In this document: one piece after another, positions 41,021 to 50,372 of the stretch
How the letters are laid out: each line of letters opens with the position of its first letter
Position numbering within the stretch: the first letter of the stretch is position 1
Made by a program: the position numbers and the translations under genes
DNA from: Pseudomonadota bacterium
Lineage (GTDB): Bacteria; Bdellovibrionota_F; JAHFAK01; JBDREC01
NCBI GenBank assembly: GCA_043820105.1
Contig: JBDREC010000019.1
Span: 1 to 64,000, forward strand
DNA length: 64,000 nt
Direction of reading: 5' to 3'
The notes under the pieces: model-generated
Told to the model about the DNA's origin: nothing
Database searches by the model: none
Seen by the model: the letters and a program-made list of their open reading frames with translations, nothing else

Positions 41021-42427
41021 ATGAAAATAATTACATGCAAAAATTACAATGAATTTTCTGATAAGATTCTTGGTTTTTTTGTGAAGCAAGCTTTGATTAA
41101 GCCTAAATCGAATTTTCTTATACCCGCGGGAAACACACCTCTTGGGTTTTACAAAAAGCTTCATGCTTATGAAGAGCTTTTTTTAACGTCAAAGCTTTTT
41201 GCATTAGATGAATATTATGGTGTTAATAAAAAAGAAAGTTTTGCTTTTTTCTTTCAAAAACAACTTAAGAATCTTTATAAGAGGTTAACAACCTTTAATC
41301 AAAAACTCCTAAATGAAGCTTTTATCCTTAGCGATTTTGAAAATAAAATTAAAACTTCAAACAATATAGACCTCGCACTTTTAGGTCTTGGAGAAAATGG
41401 ACACATTGCTTTTAATGATCCAGGGTCACCTTATTTTTCATGGACTAGAAAGGTTAATTTCTCAAAGGCTAACTTAAACAAGTTTAAGCATCCTGCAAAT
41501 AAAGCATTTACAGTCGGCATTCAAACTATTCTTGGAAGTGATAAAATAATTTTAGCAGTCTGGGGAGAAAACAAAAAACAAGCCCTAAAAGAATTACTAA
41601 ATAACAATTTATCTGCTAAACACCCAGCTACTTTTTTGAAAATGCATAAAGATTTAACAATTATCTGCGATGAAAATTTAATAAGTCAGAAATTTGAAAT
41701 TAAAAACCCAAAAATTAAAATCTTAGACCAAAGCACTTATAAAAAACAAAATATTATTGTAATTTCTCCACATCCCGATGATTCCGCTATTAGTGCTGGT
41801 GGGACAATTTATAAACTAGCTAAAAATAATCATATAACAAACATCGTTATGACCTCTGGTCACAGAGGTATTACTAAAAACAATTCTATTCAAGCAAAAA
41901 CAGATTTAAGAAAAAAAGAATCAGAACAAGAAGCAAAATTATTAAACATGAATCTTTTATTTTTAAATTTAGCTTTTTATGAATCTGGGAAATTAAACAA
42001 ACAAGACATAATTAAATTAAGCAATTTACTTTTAAACCTTAAAGCAAATATTCTAATAATGCCAGACTTTAAAGATAATCACTCAACTCACAAGCTTTCA
42101 GCAGACCTGGTAAAAGCAGCCTTTAAGCAGAATGAGCACTTGAATAAGGATTTAAAAGAAATCTGGTTTTATGAAAGCCTGTGGCTTAGATATAATATGA
42201 ACGAATATAATTTTCTTTCTTTTCTTAATAAAAATGAAGCCAAAGCAAAAACGAAGGCGATTAAAGCGCATAAATCGCAGGTTTCAAGAAACAATTACGA
42301 TGAAGCAGCCCTCGCACTTAATCGATTAAGAAGAATTGCGGATTTGGAGCTTCGGTTAAGTGGGCTTGGGGGAAAAGCAGATCAGAGGGAAAAGTATGTG
42401 GAGGTTTTTATGCGCTTATTTAATTAA
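41021..42427 (+). CDS. nagB: Glucosamine-6-phosphate deaminase fused to a PIG-L family deacetylase
   Basis: GNTP, LDEY, LGLGENGHIAFNDPG (NagB); SPHPDD, DNHSTH, HKSQ (PIG-L). Confidence 0.85.
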   Translation: MKIITCKNYNEFSDKILGFFVKQALIKPKSNFLIPAGNTPLGFYKKLHAYEELFLTSKLFALDEYYGVNKKESFAFFFQKQLKNLYKRLTTFNQKLLNEAFILSDFENKIKTSNNIDLALLGLGENGHIAFNDPGSPYFSWTRKVNFSKANLNKFKHPANKAFTVGIQTILGSDKIILAVWGENKKQALKELLNNNLSAKHPATFLKMHKDLTIICDENLISQKFEIKNPKIKILDQSTYKKQNIIVISPHPDDSAISAGGTIYKLAKNNHITNIVMTSGHRGITKNNSIQAKTDLRKKESEQEAKLLNMNLLFLNLAFYESGKLNKQDIIKLSNLLLNLKANILIMPDFKDNHSTHKLSADLVKAAFKQNEHLNKDLKEIWFYESLWLRYNMNEYNFLSFLNKNEAKAKTKAIKAHKSQVSRNNYDEAALALNRLRRIADLELRLSGLGGKADQREKYVEVFMRLFN

Positions 42428-42460
42428 TATAATAATTAATAATTAATAGAAGAGAAAAAA

Positions 42461-42778
42461 ATGGATAACTATATAACAGTGTTTGTAACAGCACCAAACA
42501 AAGACGTCGGTGAAAAAATCGCTAGTGTGCTTTTAGAAAAGAAGCTAGTTGCTTGTGTAAATATTGTTGATAATATAACATCAATGTATTGGTGGAAAGG
42601 CAAGCTTTGCAAAGATAACGAATGTTTTTTAATGATGAAGACAATAGCTGGGAATTTTAATAAAGTAAAAGAGACTGTTTTAGAACATCACCCATATGAA
42701 GTGCCAGAAATAATATCAATAAAGATAAAAGATGGCCACGTTGATTACTTAGATTGGATTAAACATAGCTGTAAATGA
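42461..42778 (+). CDS. cutA: Divalent-cation tolerance protein CutA
   Basis: LVACVNI, SMYWWKG, HPYEVPEII. Confidence 0.93.
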   Translation: MDNYITVFVTAPNKDVGEKIASVLLEKKLVACVNIVDNITSMYWWKGKLCKDNECFLMMKTIAGNFNKVKETVLEHHPYEVPEIISIKIKDGHVDYLDWIKHSCK

Positions 42779-42789
42779 TAAACTCTTCC

Positions 42790-42880
42790 CTGGTGCTCTG
42801 GTGCCTGGTGACTGGTGACCAAAATTAGATTAAAGATTGAGATTAAGATTAAGATTAAGATTAAGATTAAAATTAAGATC
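42790..42880. repeat. (TGGTGAC)-type and (GATTAA)n arrays
   Basis: Seen directly after cutA. Confidence 0.8.
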
Positions 42881-42961
42881 TAGGCAGTATCCAGAATATT
42901 ATTGAAAAATATAATTTAATTTGTAACAATAGGCCATTCTTTTTCAAGGAGTGTAAAGATT

Positions 42962-43333
42962 TTGGATCGAAGAATACTGATAATTGATAGTGAAAAAAAA
43001 GATATTGATATATTGAAGTATTATATCAAAGAAAATTCTAGCAATGTTAGCATTTATTATGCAACAAGTGGCCGAAATGGGCTTGCAGCAGCCGTAAAAT
43101 ACAAACCACATTTAATTTTCATTGATTTTAACTTACCTGATATTGAAGGTTTTAAGCTATGTCAGAAAATTAAAACTGATGATCGAATAAATGAAGCTAG
43201 AGTTATATTCCTAACTCACATGGCTGAAGACATTAATCGAGCTTATAATAATGGAGCAGAGGATTATATCATAAAACATCCAAGCCCTTTTTTTCTAATG
43301 GAGAAAATTAATACTCATTTATATGCAAGCTGA
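42962..43333 (+). CDS. Single-domain response regulator
   Basis: ILIID, LIFIDFNLP (phosphoacceptor Asp), IFLT, GAEDYIIK; AAGGAG RBS before TTG. Confidence 0.85.
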   Translation: MDRRILIIDSEKKDIDILKYYIKENSSNVSIYYATSGRNGLAAAVKYKPHLIFIDFNLPDIEGFKLCQKIKTDDRINEARVIFLTHMAEDINRAYNNGAEDYIIKHPSPFFLMEKINTHLYAS

Positions 43334-44665
43334 TAAGCAATCATTGAAATCCCTTAAAGATCTTTTCGCGTAAAAAGAGCCTCTTTGTTTTTTAGGAATT
43401 CTATTTTCTGATTTTGGCAGAATTCCAAAATTTGCATTCATTGGTTGAAAATATTTTGGATCTGAGTTTAAAATATAGTTTAACAAAGAACCACAGATTG
43501 TAGTCAAAGGTGGTTTTATGAATTCAGCATTAGATAAATTTGCATAAAGTTGTTTAGCCACACACAAGCCAGACATGATTGATTCAACATAGCCTTCAAC
43601 ACCACTTATTTGGCCAGCGAAATAAATATTTTTATTTCCCTTAAAAGTCATGTTAGCATTTAACAAGTCTGGAGAATTAATAAACATATTTTTATGCATT
43701 CTTCCAAGCCTAACAAATTCAGCTTTTTCAAGACCTGGAATCATTCGAAAAACTCTTTTCTGTGCAGAAAAAGAAAGGCGCGTTTGAAAGCCAACTAAAT
43801 TATAAATCGATGCTTCTTTATTTTCTTTTCTAAGTTGCACAACTGCATAAACCTCGCGAATATCCTTACCCAAACCAACGGGCTTTAATGGACCATAGGC
43901 TAAAGTTTCTCTACCTCGAGAAGCTATTTCTTCAACCGGCAAACAGCCTTCAAATAATGATTTTTTATCAAAGTCGTGAACTTTAGCAAGCTCTGCATTA
44001 ACAAGAGCATCAACAAAAGCATAATATTCATCTTTTGACATTGGACAATTTAAATAATCTCCACTTTGAATGTCATCCTGAACTTGTTTCAGAATCCCAG
44101 GCGATTGGCTAGCTAGCCCAAGGTACCTAGATGCTTCAAACATCTTGCTATAATCCAAAGACTCAGCATCCACAATAGGCGCAATTGAATCGAAAAAATA
44201 AAGATGTTCCTGGCCTGTTAGTTTAGCTATTTCTTCTGCAAAAGACTCACTTGTTAATGGACCAGTAGCTATTATTGTAGGTTCATTGGAATTAATTGAT
44301 GTTAACTCTTGCTTTATGACTTCAATATTAGGATTATTTTCAATCTCTTTTGTAACAAGCCCTGAAAAAAGTTCTCTATCAACAGCCAAAGCCTTACCAG
44401 CCGGAACAGATGTCGCTTCAGCATATTTAATTAAGTAAGACCCAAGAAGCTGCAACTCTTCTTTTAATAAACCAGAAGCCCTGTGTGTTTGAATTGATTT
44501 CAAAGAATTTGAACAAACAAGTTCAGCAAAGCCAGGCAGAGAATGAGCCTCAGAATACTTATTAGGCTTCATCTCAAAAAGCCGAACTTTCACCCCGAAA
44601 CTAGCTAATTGTAAGGCCGCCTCAGAACCAGCTAAACCTGCACCAATAATATTTATAGATTTCAT
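43319..44665 (-). CDS. trmFO: tRNA (uracil-5)-methyltransferase TrmFO, with a loop insertion
   Basis: IGAGLAGSEAA, AELVCSNSL, DYLNCPM, NLVGFQT, FAGQISGVEGY, FQPMNANFG. Confidence 0.96.
   Translation of the reverse strand: MKSINIIGAGLAGSEAALQLASFGVKVRLFEMKPNKYSEAHSLPGFAELVCSNSLKSIQTHRASGLLKEELQLLGSYLIKYAEATSVPAGKALAVDRELFSGLVTKEIENNPNIEVIKQELTSINSNEPTIIATGPLTSESFAEEIAKLTGQEHLYFFDSIAPIVDAESLDYSKMFEASRYLGLASQSPGILKQVQDDIQSGDYLNCPMSKDEYYAFVDALVNAELAKVHDFDKKSLFEGCLPVEEIASRGRETLAYGPLKPVGLGKDIREVYAVVQLRKENKEASIYNLVGFQTRLSFSAQKRVFRMIPGLEKAEFVRLGRMHKNMFINSPDLLNANMTFKGNKNIYFAGQISGVEGYVESIMSGLCVAKQLYANLSNAEFIKPPLTTICGSLLNYILNSDPKYFQPMNANFGILPKSENRIPKKQRGSFYAKRSLRDFNDCLSACI
44072..44096. repeat. REP-like element inserted in frame within trmFO
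   Basis: GTCATCCTGAACTTGTTTCAGAATC; encodes ILKQVQDD on the minus strand. Confidence 0.7.
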
Positions 44666-44683
44666 TATACCAAAATGTATATT

Positions 44684-44755
44684 GTTATTCTGTATTCAGT
44701 ATCCTGTATTCTGTATTTTTCCAAACTGAATACTAAATACTAACGACTGAATACT
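44684..44755. repeat. Inverted (GTATTC.)n/(TGAATAC)n arms
   Basis: Between the topA stop and the trmFO start. Confidence 0.8.
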
Positions 44756-47003
44756 ATTCTTCTTCTTTAACTTCCTCTTTATACTTACACTTATGCTTAA
44801 TACAAACCAATGAAGCTTTTCCTGATTTATCTCTTTTAATAACTAGAATTGGATTTTGGCAACTTGGGCAAGCTTTGTCAACGGGTTCATACCATGTAGC
44901 AAAAGCACAGTTTGGAAACTTAGAACATCCATAAAATACAGATCCTCTTTTTGAGCGCCTTTCAATAACTTCGCCTTCGCAATTTTCTTCAGGACATTTG
45001 ACGCCTGTAACAAAGGGCTTAGTTCCCTTACATTTTGGATAATCAACGCAAGATAGAAATCTGCCGAATTTCCCATACTTTACCTTCATTTGGCCTTTGC
45101 ATTTTGGGCATTCGGTATCAACTATTTCATCTTTAACGATTTCAATTTTACCTTTTTCATCCGTGGCAAACTCCGAAGTGCTGTGACACGTAGGATAATC
45201 TGAGCATGCTAAAAACCGTCCATTTCTACCCCATCTAATAACCATAGTCTTACCGCATTCTTCACAGATTACATCAGTGGGTATTTTTTCTTTTTTAACA
45301 TTCCTCATGCCTTCCTTAGCTTCGGCCAAGGTAGTTGAAAATCCATCATAAAATTCATTTAAAGTCTCAAGCCTATTCCTTTTTCCTTCCTCAATTTCAT
45401 CAAGCTCTTCTTCCATATGAGCTGTAAAAGCAACATCCATTATTTTTGGAAAGGATTCGCATAAAAGCTCAGTAACTATCATACCTAAATCAGTAGGCTT
45501 AAAACTTCCCTTTTCTTTTTGAACATATTCTTTGCTTTGAATGGTTGTTAGAATACTAACATAAGTTGAAGGACGGCCCACACCTTTTTCTTCAAGTTCT
45601 TTTACAAGGGAAGATTCAGTAAATCGAGGTGGCGGTTGAGTAAAGTGCTGTTTAGGATCTAGATTTTTCAAGAAACAAATAAGCCCCTTTTCAACATCTG
45701 GCAAATTATAATCTTTATCATTTTCGCCCTGGTCGTTATCCTGGCCCTCTGTATATACTTCTAAAAAGCCTTTAAATTTCAGAATAGAACCAGTTGCTCT
45801 AAATATATAATCACCACCAGCTACATCTATTGTGGTTGAATCATATAAGGCTGACTTCATTTGAGATGCAACAAAGCGATTCCAAATTAACCTATATAAT
45901 GCTAATTCATCTTTTTTCAGATATTTTGCAATTGTTGCTGGGCTATGACCAAAAGAAGTGGGTCTTATAGCCTCATGAGCATCTTGACTTGATTTTCTGT
46001 TTTTATAAAAATTGGGTTTTTCAGGTAAATATTCAGGTCCATATACGTCTTTAATAAAACCTCGCACATCTGAAACAGCTTCACTTGAAACCCTAACAGA
46101 GTCAGTTCTCATGTAAGTAATCAAACCAACCTGTTCACCGCCTACTTCCATGCCTTCATAAAGCTTTTGAGCGACCATCATTGTTTTCCTGGCAGGATAC
46201 CTAAGCTTTCTAAAAGCTTCTTGTTGTAAGGTACTAGTAATGAATGGAGGAGCTGCGTGCCTTGACCTTTCTTTTCTCTCAACATTATCAATCTTATAAT
46301 CAAGCTCATTAAGTTCTTTTACGATTTTGTCAGCATCTTCTTTATTGGAAACCTTTATCTTTTTATTTTTCTTTTTAAAAAGCTTTGCTTCAAAATTGTC
46401 CTTATTTTCAAGCTCAAAAAGAGCTAAAAAGGACCAATATTCTTCAGAAATAAACTTTAAAATCTCAGCTTCTCTTTCACAAATTATTCGAAGAGCAACT
46501 GACTGAACTCTTCCAGCTGATAAACCTCGCCTTACTTTTTCCCATAATAAAGGACTTATTTTGTAACCAACAATCCTATCAAGAATTCTTCTGGCGATTT
46601 GAGCTTCATATTTATTTTTATCAAGTTTTAAGGGCTTACTAACAGCTTCTGTGATCTTTTTCTTTGTAAATTCATTAAACAATACTCTATAAATATTATC
46701 AGTAAGTCCTAATTCTTCTGCAATATGCCAGGCTATAGCTTCTCCTTCCCTATCAGGATCAGGAGCCAGATAAATATTTTCAGCCTTTTTGGCATATTTT
46801 TTAATCTCTTTAATAATTGATGATTTACCACTTATTATTTGATATTCAGCTGCAAAATCATTTTCCAAATCAACGCCAAATTGACTTGGGGGCAGATCTT
46901 TAACATGCCCCTTTGAAGCTAATATGTCGAAATCTTTAGAAAGATATTTGTTTAGAGTTTTTGCTTTTGTAGGAGATTCAACAACTATAAGATTTTTCGC
47001 CAT
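44754..47003 (-). CDS. topA: DNA topoisomerase I
   Basis: IVVESPTKAKT, DPDREGE, SAGRVQS, ITYMRTDS, three C-terminal zinc ribbons. Confidence 0.98.
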   Translation of the reverse strand: MAKNLIVVESPTKAKTLNKYLSKDFDILASKGHVKDLPPSQFGVDLENDFAAEYQIISGKSSIIKEIKKYAKKAENIYLAPDPDREGEAIAWHIAEELGLTDNIYRVLFNEFTKKKITEAVSKPLKLDKNKYEAQIARRILDRIVGYKISPLLWEKVRRGLSAGRVQSVALRIICEREAEILKFISEEYWSFLALFELENKDNFEAKLFKKKNKKIKVSNKEDADKIVKELNELDYKIDNVERKERSRHAAPPFITSTLQQEAFRKLRYPARKTMMVAQKLYEGMEVGGEQVGLITYMRTDSVRVSSEAVSDVRGFIKDVYGPEYLPEKPNFYKNRKSSQDAHEAIRPTSFGHSPATIAKYLKKDELALYRLIWNRFVASQMKSALYDSTTIDVAGGDYIFRATGSILKFKGFLEVYTEGQDNDQGENDKDYNLPDVEKGLICFLKNLDPKQHFTQPPPRFTESSLVKELEEKGVGRPSTYVSILTTIQSKEYVQKEKGSFKPTDLGMIVTELLCESFPKIMDVAFTAHMEEELDEIEEGKRNRLETLNEFYDGFSTTLAEAKEGMRNVKKEKIPTDVICEECGKTMVIRWGRNGRFLACSDYPTCHSTSEFATDEKGKIEIVKDEIVDTECPKCKGQMKVKYGKFGRFLSCVDYPKCKGTKPFVTGVKCPEENCEGEVIERRSKRGSVFYGCSKFPNCAFATWYEPVDKACPSCQNPILVIKRDKSGKASLVCIKHKCKYKEEVKEEE

Positions 47004-47209
47004 TTAATAAATTTCCCTGTTGAGTTAATTTTTTCACAGGGGATATGTGTTAATTTGTAAAGTTGAAGATGTCAAATGTTTATTAAAAACCGCTGACTAT
47101 TGATAATTTAGAATTGATTGTTGATTACTGAAAATTAAAGAGTGGAAAATAATTAATAATCAACAATCAATTTTAAATTTTCAATTTAAGAAGGAGCATG
47201 ATACTCTAC

Positions 47210-47947
47210 TTACCACTTACCACTTACCACTATCCTCCCAGCCAATTCCCTTAAAATCGGATGTATTAAGGTATTGCAAGAGACATCCTTAAGCTGATTT
47301 TTGGAAAGAGAAGTAAGTAAAAGCAGTGAAATGTCTAAAGGAGTGTATGGATTTTGGACTAAGGCATTTCTGATTGGTCCTTGAGATATCCATTTTGGGT
47401 TTTTCTTTAAAACGGATAATACTTTGGGATTATTTGGTCTGAGGGCTGCAATTTTAATTACATCTGCCAAAATAAGCTTTGGATTTAATAAAAGGTTTTT
47501 AATTACATCTGGATTTTTATCAAAGCATAGTTTTTCAATAGTTAAGCGATCTGCTTTTCTGGCTATATTTTTTTTATAGCCAAGAGTCTTTTCCTCGTTT
47601 CCTTGGGTTTCACTGTAAAGTTCGATTTCCTTTTCTAAAACTGTTTTCTTCTTAAGTTTCATTTGAGGATCAATAATAGCGTTAATAATATCTGCAAAAC
47701 CTAATTCTTGTGCTTTTTTTACTATTTCTTTTGCCTTTGAAATACTTAGCTGGCTTTTAATGTCAGACATAACAAAAGCTATAAGGATTCTTCTTGATTT
47801 AACAGAACCTTTAATAACATCTTCAATAAGGTCCAAGATAAATTCAACAAAGGCTCCTGCTTCTGCTTTCTGGATAAATTCATTAATTTTAAAAGTTATT
47901 GCTGATAAATCAGATAAGCTAGAAAGTTTATCTATGAATTCCTTCAT
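47210..47947 (-). CDS. Hypothetical helical-repeat protein
   Basis: LLLNP...AALRP...ALVQNPYTP pattern; translationally coupled to ispH; its end (VVSGKW) derives from (GTGGTAA)n. Confidence 0.7.
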   Translation of the reverse strand: MKEFIDKLSSLSDLSAITFKINEFIQKAEAGAFVEFILDLIEDVIKGSVKSRRILIAFVMSDIKSQLSISKAKEIVKKAQELGFADIINAIIDPQMKLKKKTVLEKEIELYSETQGNEEKTLGYKKNIARKADRLTIEKLCFDKNPDVIKNLLLNPKLILADVIKIAALRPNNPKVLSVLKKNPKWISQGPIRNALVQNPYTPLDISLLLLTSLSKNQLKDVSCNTLIHPILRELAGRIVVSGKW

Positions 47948-49641
47948 ACACTTAAAAGCCCTGCAAAGATTAATAAAAGATCAATTAAAGCTGTAAGTCT
48001 TAAACTAAAAATAAAGTATCGCGTAACTTTCAAATTAGAGATCGTAAGCCAAACAACAAGCGGCAAAAGCAAATATATAACAAATATTCTTTCCATAAAA
48101 ACAAAGTAATAAGTGCAAAACAAGGCTAAACTCAAAACAATCAGAAAAATCGCGAAAAGCTTAAACTTTTTCTCTCCTAAAAATACTGATAAAACCTCTG
48201 AGCCCACGATTTTGTTTTTTGCATAATCAACATAGCTTGAAACCATGGATCTTGCAAAAATGATTGTCATAGTAAAAATCAAAGCCGTAAACAAGGATTC
48301 AAACCTAAACTTTGAGGGTGAAATGAATAAGGGCAAAACTAAAGTTAAAAAAATCCAGGCAATAGTAATAACAATATTTTTTGAAGCTGGAAGCTTCTTG
48401 ATAGAATAGAATGCTTCTTTTTTATAAGAAATTAAAAACAATGTGCACATAATTACAATAAGTAAAACAAAAACAGAAACATCAATTTGATAAGCAAAAA
48501 AACATGAAACAATAAATGCTAAAATGTAAATTGCATAGTTAATTCCTCGTGATACCTTTCTTTGAAAAAAGAGAAAAAAGGGATTTAGCACCTGCCTATC
48601 AAGCAAATCATTAAAGGCATGGATAAATAACACGTAACAAAATATACTTATATATAAGTTAAGATCTGACTTTATTCCCAACATTTGGGAGTTTGCATAA
48701 GTTAAAGCAACAGCAGCTGTAGCAGTTAACATTCTAGATAAAACAAAAAGTGCCCAGCATCTTTTAATAAACCACTTAAAACTGTTCTCACTTTTTCCTT
48801 TAATAAGCAATAAGGCTGAATAAAATTTATCAATTATCCAATTTGGGGTGGAAGCTCCAGCTGTTATCCCAACTTTGTCAAACTTTGCAAACCCCCTAAA
48901 GTCGATATCATCGACATCTTCTGCAAAAAAAACATTGTTATTTAATTCCCTGGCGATTTCATAAAGCCTTTGTGAATTAGCTGACTCTTTGCTACCAATG
49001 ACTAAAATCGCGTCCATTTCCAAAGAAAGATATTTCAATTCATTTTGACGATTACTTGTTTCATAGCAAATGGTATTAAAAACCAAAGCCTCTGGATATT
49101 TCTCATTTATTGCTTTTGTAAAATCTTCAAAAGCATCTTGATTTTGAGTTGTTTGAGAAACAAAACAAACTTTTGACAAAGAATCTGGAAGCTTTCTAAT
49201 ATCATCAGCACTTGCAACCACAAAACCCTTATCATGTGAAAAACCCATTAATGATTTAACTTCTGAGTGATCCTTATCACCGGCAATAATGATATTATAA
49301 CCTTTTAGGGCATGTTTTTTAATAATCGATTGAACCTTGGCTACTTTAGGACAAGTTGTATCAATAATCTTAACTTTTTTTTCAAGAATCTTTTTTCTTT
49401 CTTGTGGCGGAATGCCATGTGAACGAATAATTAAAACATCACAGTCAATGTCATCAATATTATTAACAACATTAACTGATTTATTTTTTAACATATCAAC
49501 AGCTGGTCTATTATGAATGAGGCTTCCATAGGTTGAAACCCTTACATATGGCTCTTTTGCATCAAGAACGTCTCCAACACGAGAAACAGCCCTTTTTACC
49601 CCCATACAGAAACCAGCACTTTTTGCTAAATATACTTTCAT
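47944..49641 (-). CDS. ispH: IspH fused to a C-terminal multi-TM (UbiA-like) domain
   Basis: AGFCMGV, IHN, DTTCPKV, SQTT, NTIC, SANS, ITAGASTP; about 270 aa of hydrophobic C-terminus. Confidence 0.9.
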   Translation of the reverse strand: MKVYLAKSAGFCMGVKRAVSRVGDVLDAKEPYVRVSTYGSLIHNRPAVDMLKNKSVNVVNNIDDIDCDVLIIRSHGIPPQERKKILEKKVKIIDTTCPKVAKVQSIIKKHALKGYNIIIAGDKDHSEVKSLMGFSHDKGFVVASADDIRKLPDSLSKVCFVSQTTQNQDAFEDFTKAINEKYPEALVFNTICYETSNRQNELKYLSLEMDAILVIGSKESANSQRLYEIARELNNNVFFAEDVDDIDFRGFAKFDKVGITAGASTPNWIIDKFYSALLLIKGKSENSFKWFIKRCWALFVLSRMLTATAAVALTYANSQMLGIKSDLNLYISIFCYVLFIHAFNDLLDRQVLNPFFLFFQRKVSRGINYAIYILAFIVSCFFAYQIDVSVFVLLIVIMCTLFLISYKKEAFYSIKKLPASKNIVITIAWIFLTLVLPLFISPSKFRFESLFTALIFTMTIIFARSMVSSYVDYAKNKIVGSEVLSVFLGEKKFKLFAIFLIVLSLALFCTYYFVFMERIFVIYLLLPLVVWLTISNLKVTRYFIFSLRLTALIDLLLIFAGLLSV

Positions 49642-49904
49642 GCTTTAAAATTATATTAGGAAAAAATAAATATCAACTAAATGAAGGAGATTTTTTTCTA
49701 AAAAAACAATGTGTGTGTGATCAATTATCAATAAAAAGAAAAATTCTTTTTTTTGTAATACACTCAAGGTTTAATTAATACGATTGGCATCTTTTAATTA
49801 ATTAGATTTTTATAAATGAATGATAAAAATAAAGAATTGCTTTTACTTGAAATACATTTCAGTATTAATTAAGATCTTAAACATCTTATCCGGCTTTAAA
49901 CTAA

Positions 49905-50018
49905 CTATCTTTTGGCTTTTGGTGGTGTTGGTTTTTGTACTCTGGCATTTGGTTTTGGTAAATCTTCACCTTGATCATATAAAGCACCTTTAATTCTTGT
50001 TGCTTTTTTCTTTGTCAT
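49905..50018 (-). CDS. Small basic Pro-rich peptide (37 aa)
   Basis: AGGAGAATATT-ATG; MTKKKATRIKGALYDQGEDLPKPNARVQKPTPPKAKR*. Confidence 0.6.
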   Translation of the reverse strand: MTKKKATRIKGALYDQGEDLPKPNARVQKPTPPKAKR

Positions 50019-50034
50019 AATATTCTCCTTTAAT

Positions 50035-50175
50035 TTATCTTCTTATACTTCCTTTTTTCTTCTTTTTACCCTGGTTTTCTTTCTTTGGATCAGGTTGGGA
50101 TGGATAATCAGGTTCAACTGGCTGAGGTCCCCATTCAAGTTTGCCAAGCCTATTTGACCTATTTTGATTTGCCAT
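50035..50175 (-). CDS. Small basic Pro-rich peptide (46 aa)
   Basis: AGGAGAATATT-ATG; MANQNRSNRLGKLEWGPQPVEPDYPSQPDPKKENQGKKKKKGSIRR*. Confidence 0.6.
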   Translation of the reverse strand: MANQNRSNRLGKLEWGPQPVEPDYPSQPDPKKENQGKKKKKGSIRR

Positions 50176-50372
50176 AATATTCTCCTAATAAATAGATTTC
50201 AATATAAATAAATTATATCACATCATAGTAAAACTTTCAACAGGAAGGTCTAAAAAAATCTAAATCATAAAAAAAACAGGCCCTTAGCAATTTGCCTTGA
50301 CAATTTTTAATCATAAATCGTAAGTTTTAAGATGTAAGCAGTAAGTTGCAAGAATTATTAAGGAGTATCTAT

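Noticed and set aside
47191-47254. AAGGAG-ATG short plus-strand ORF
   Set aside because: About 18 codons, mostly TTACCAC repeat, antisense to a real gene.
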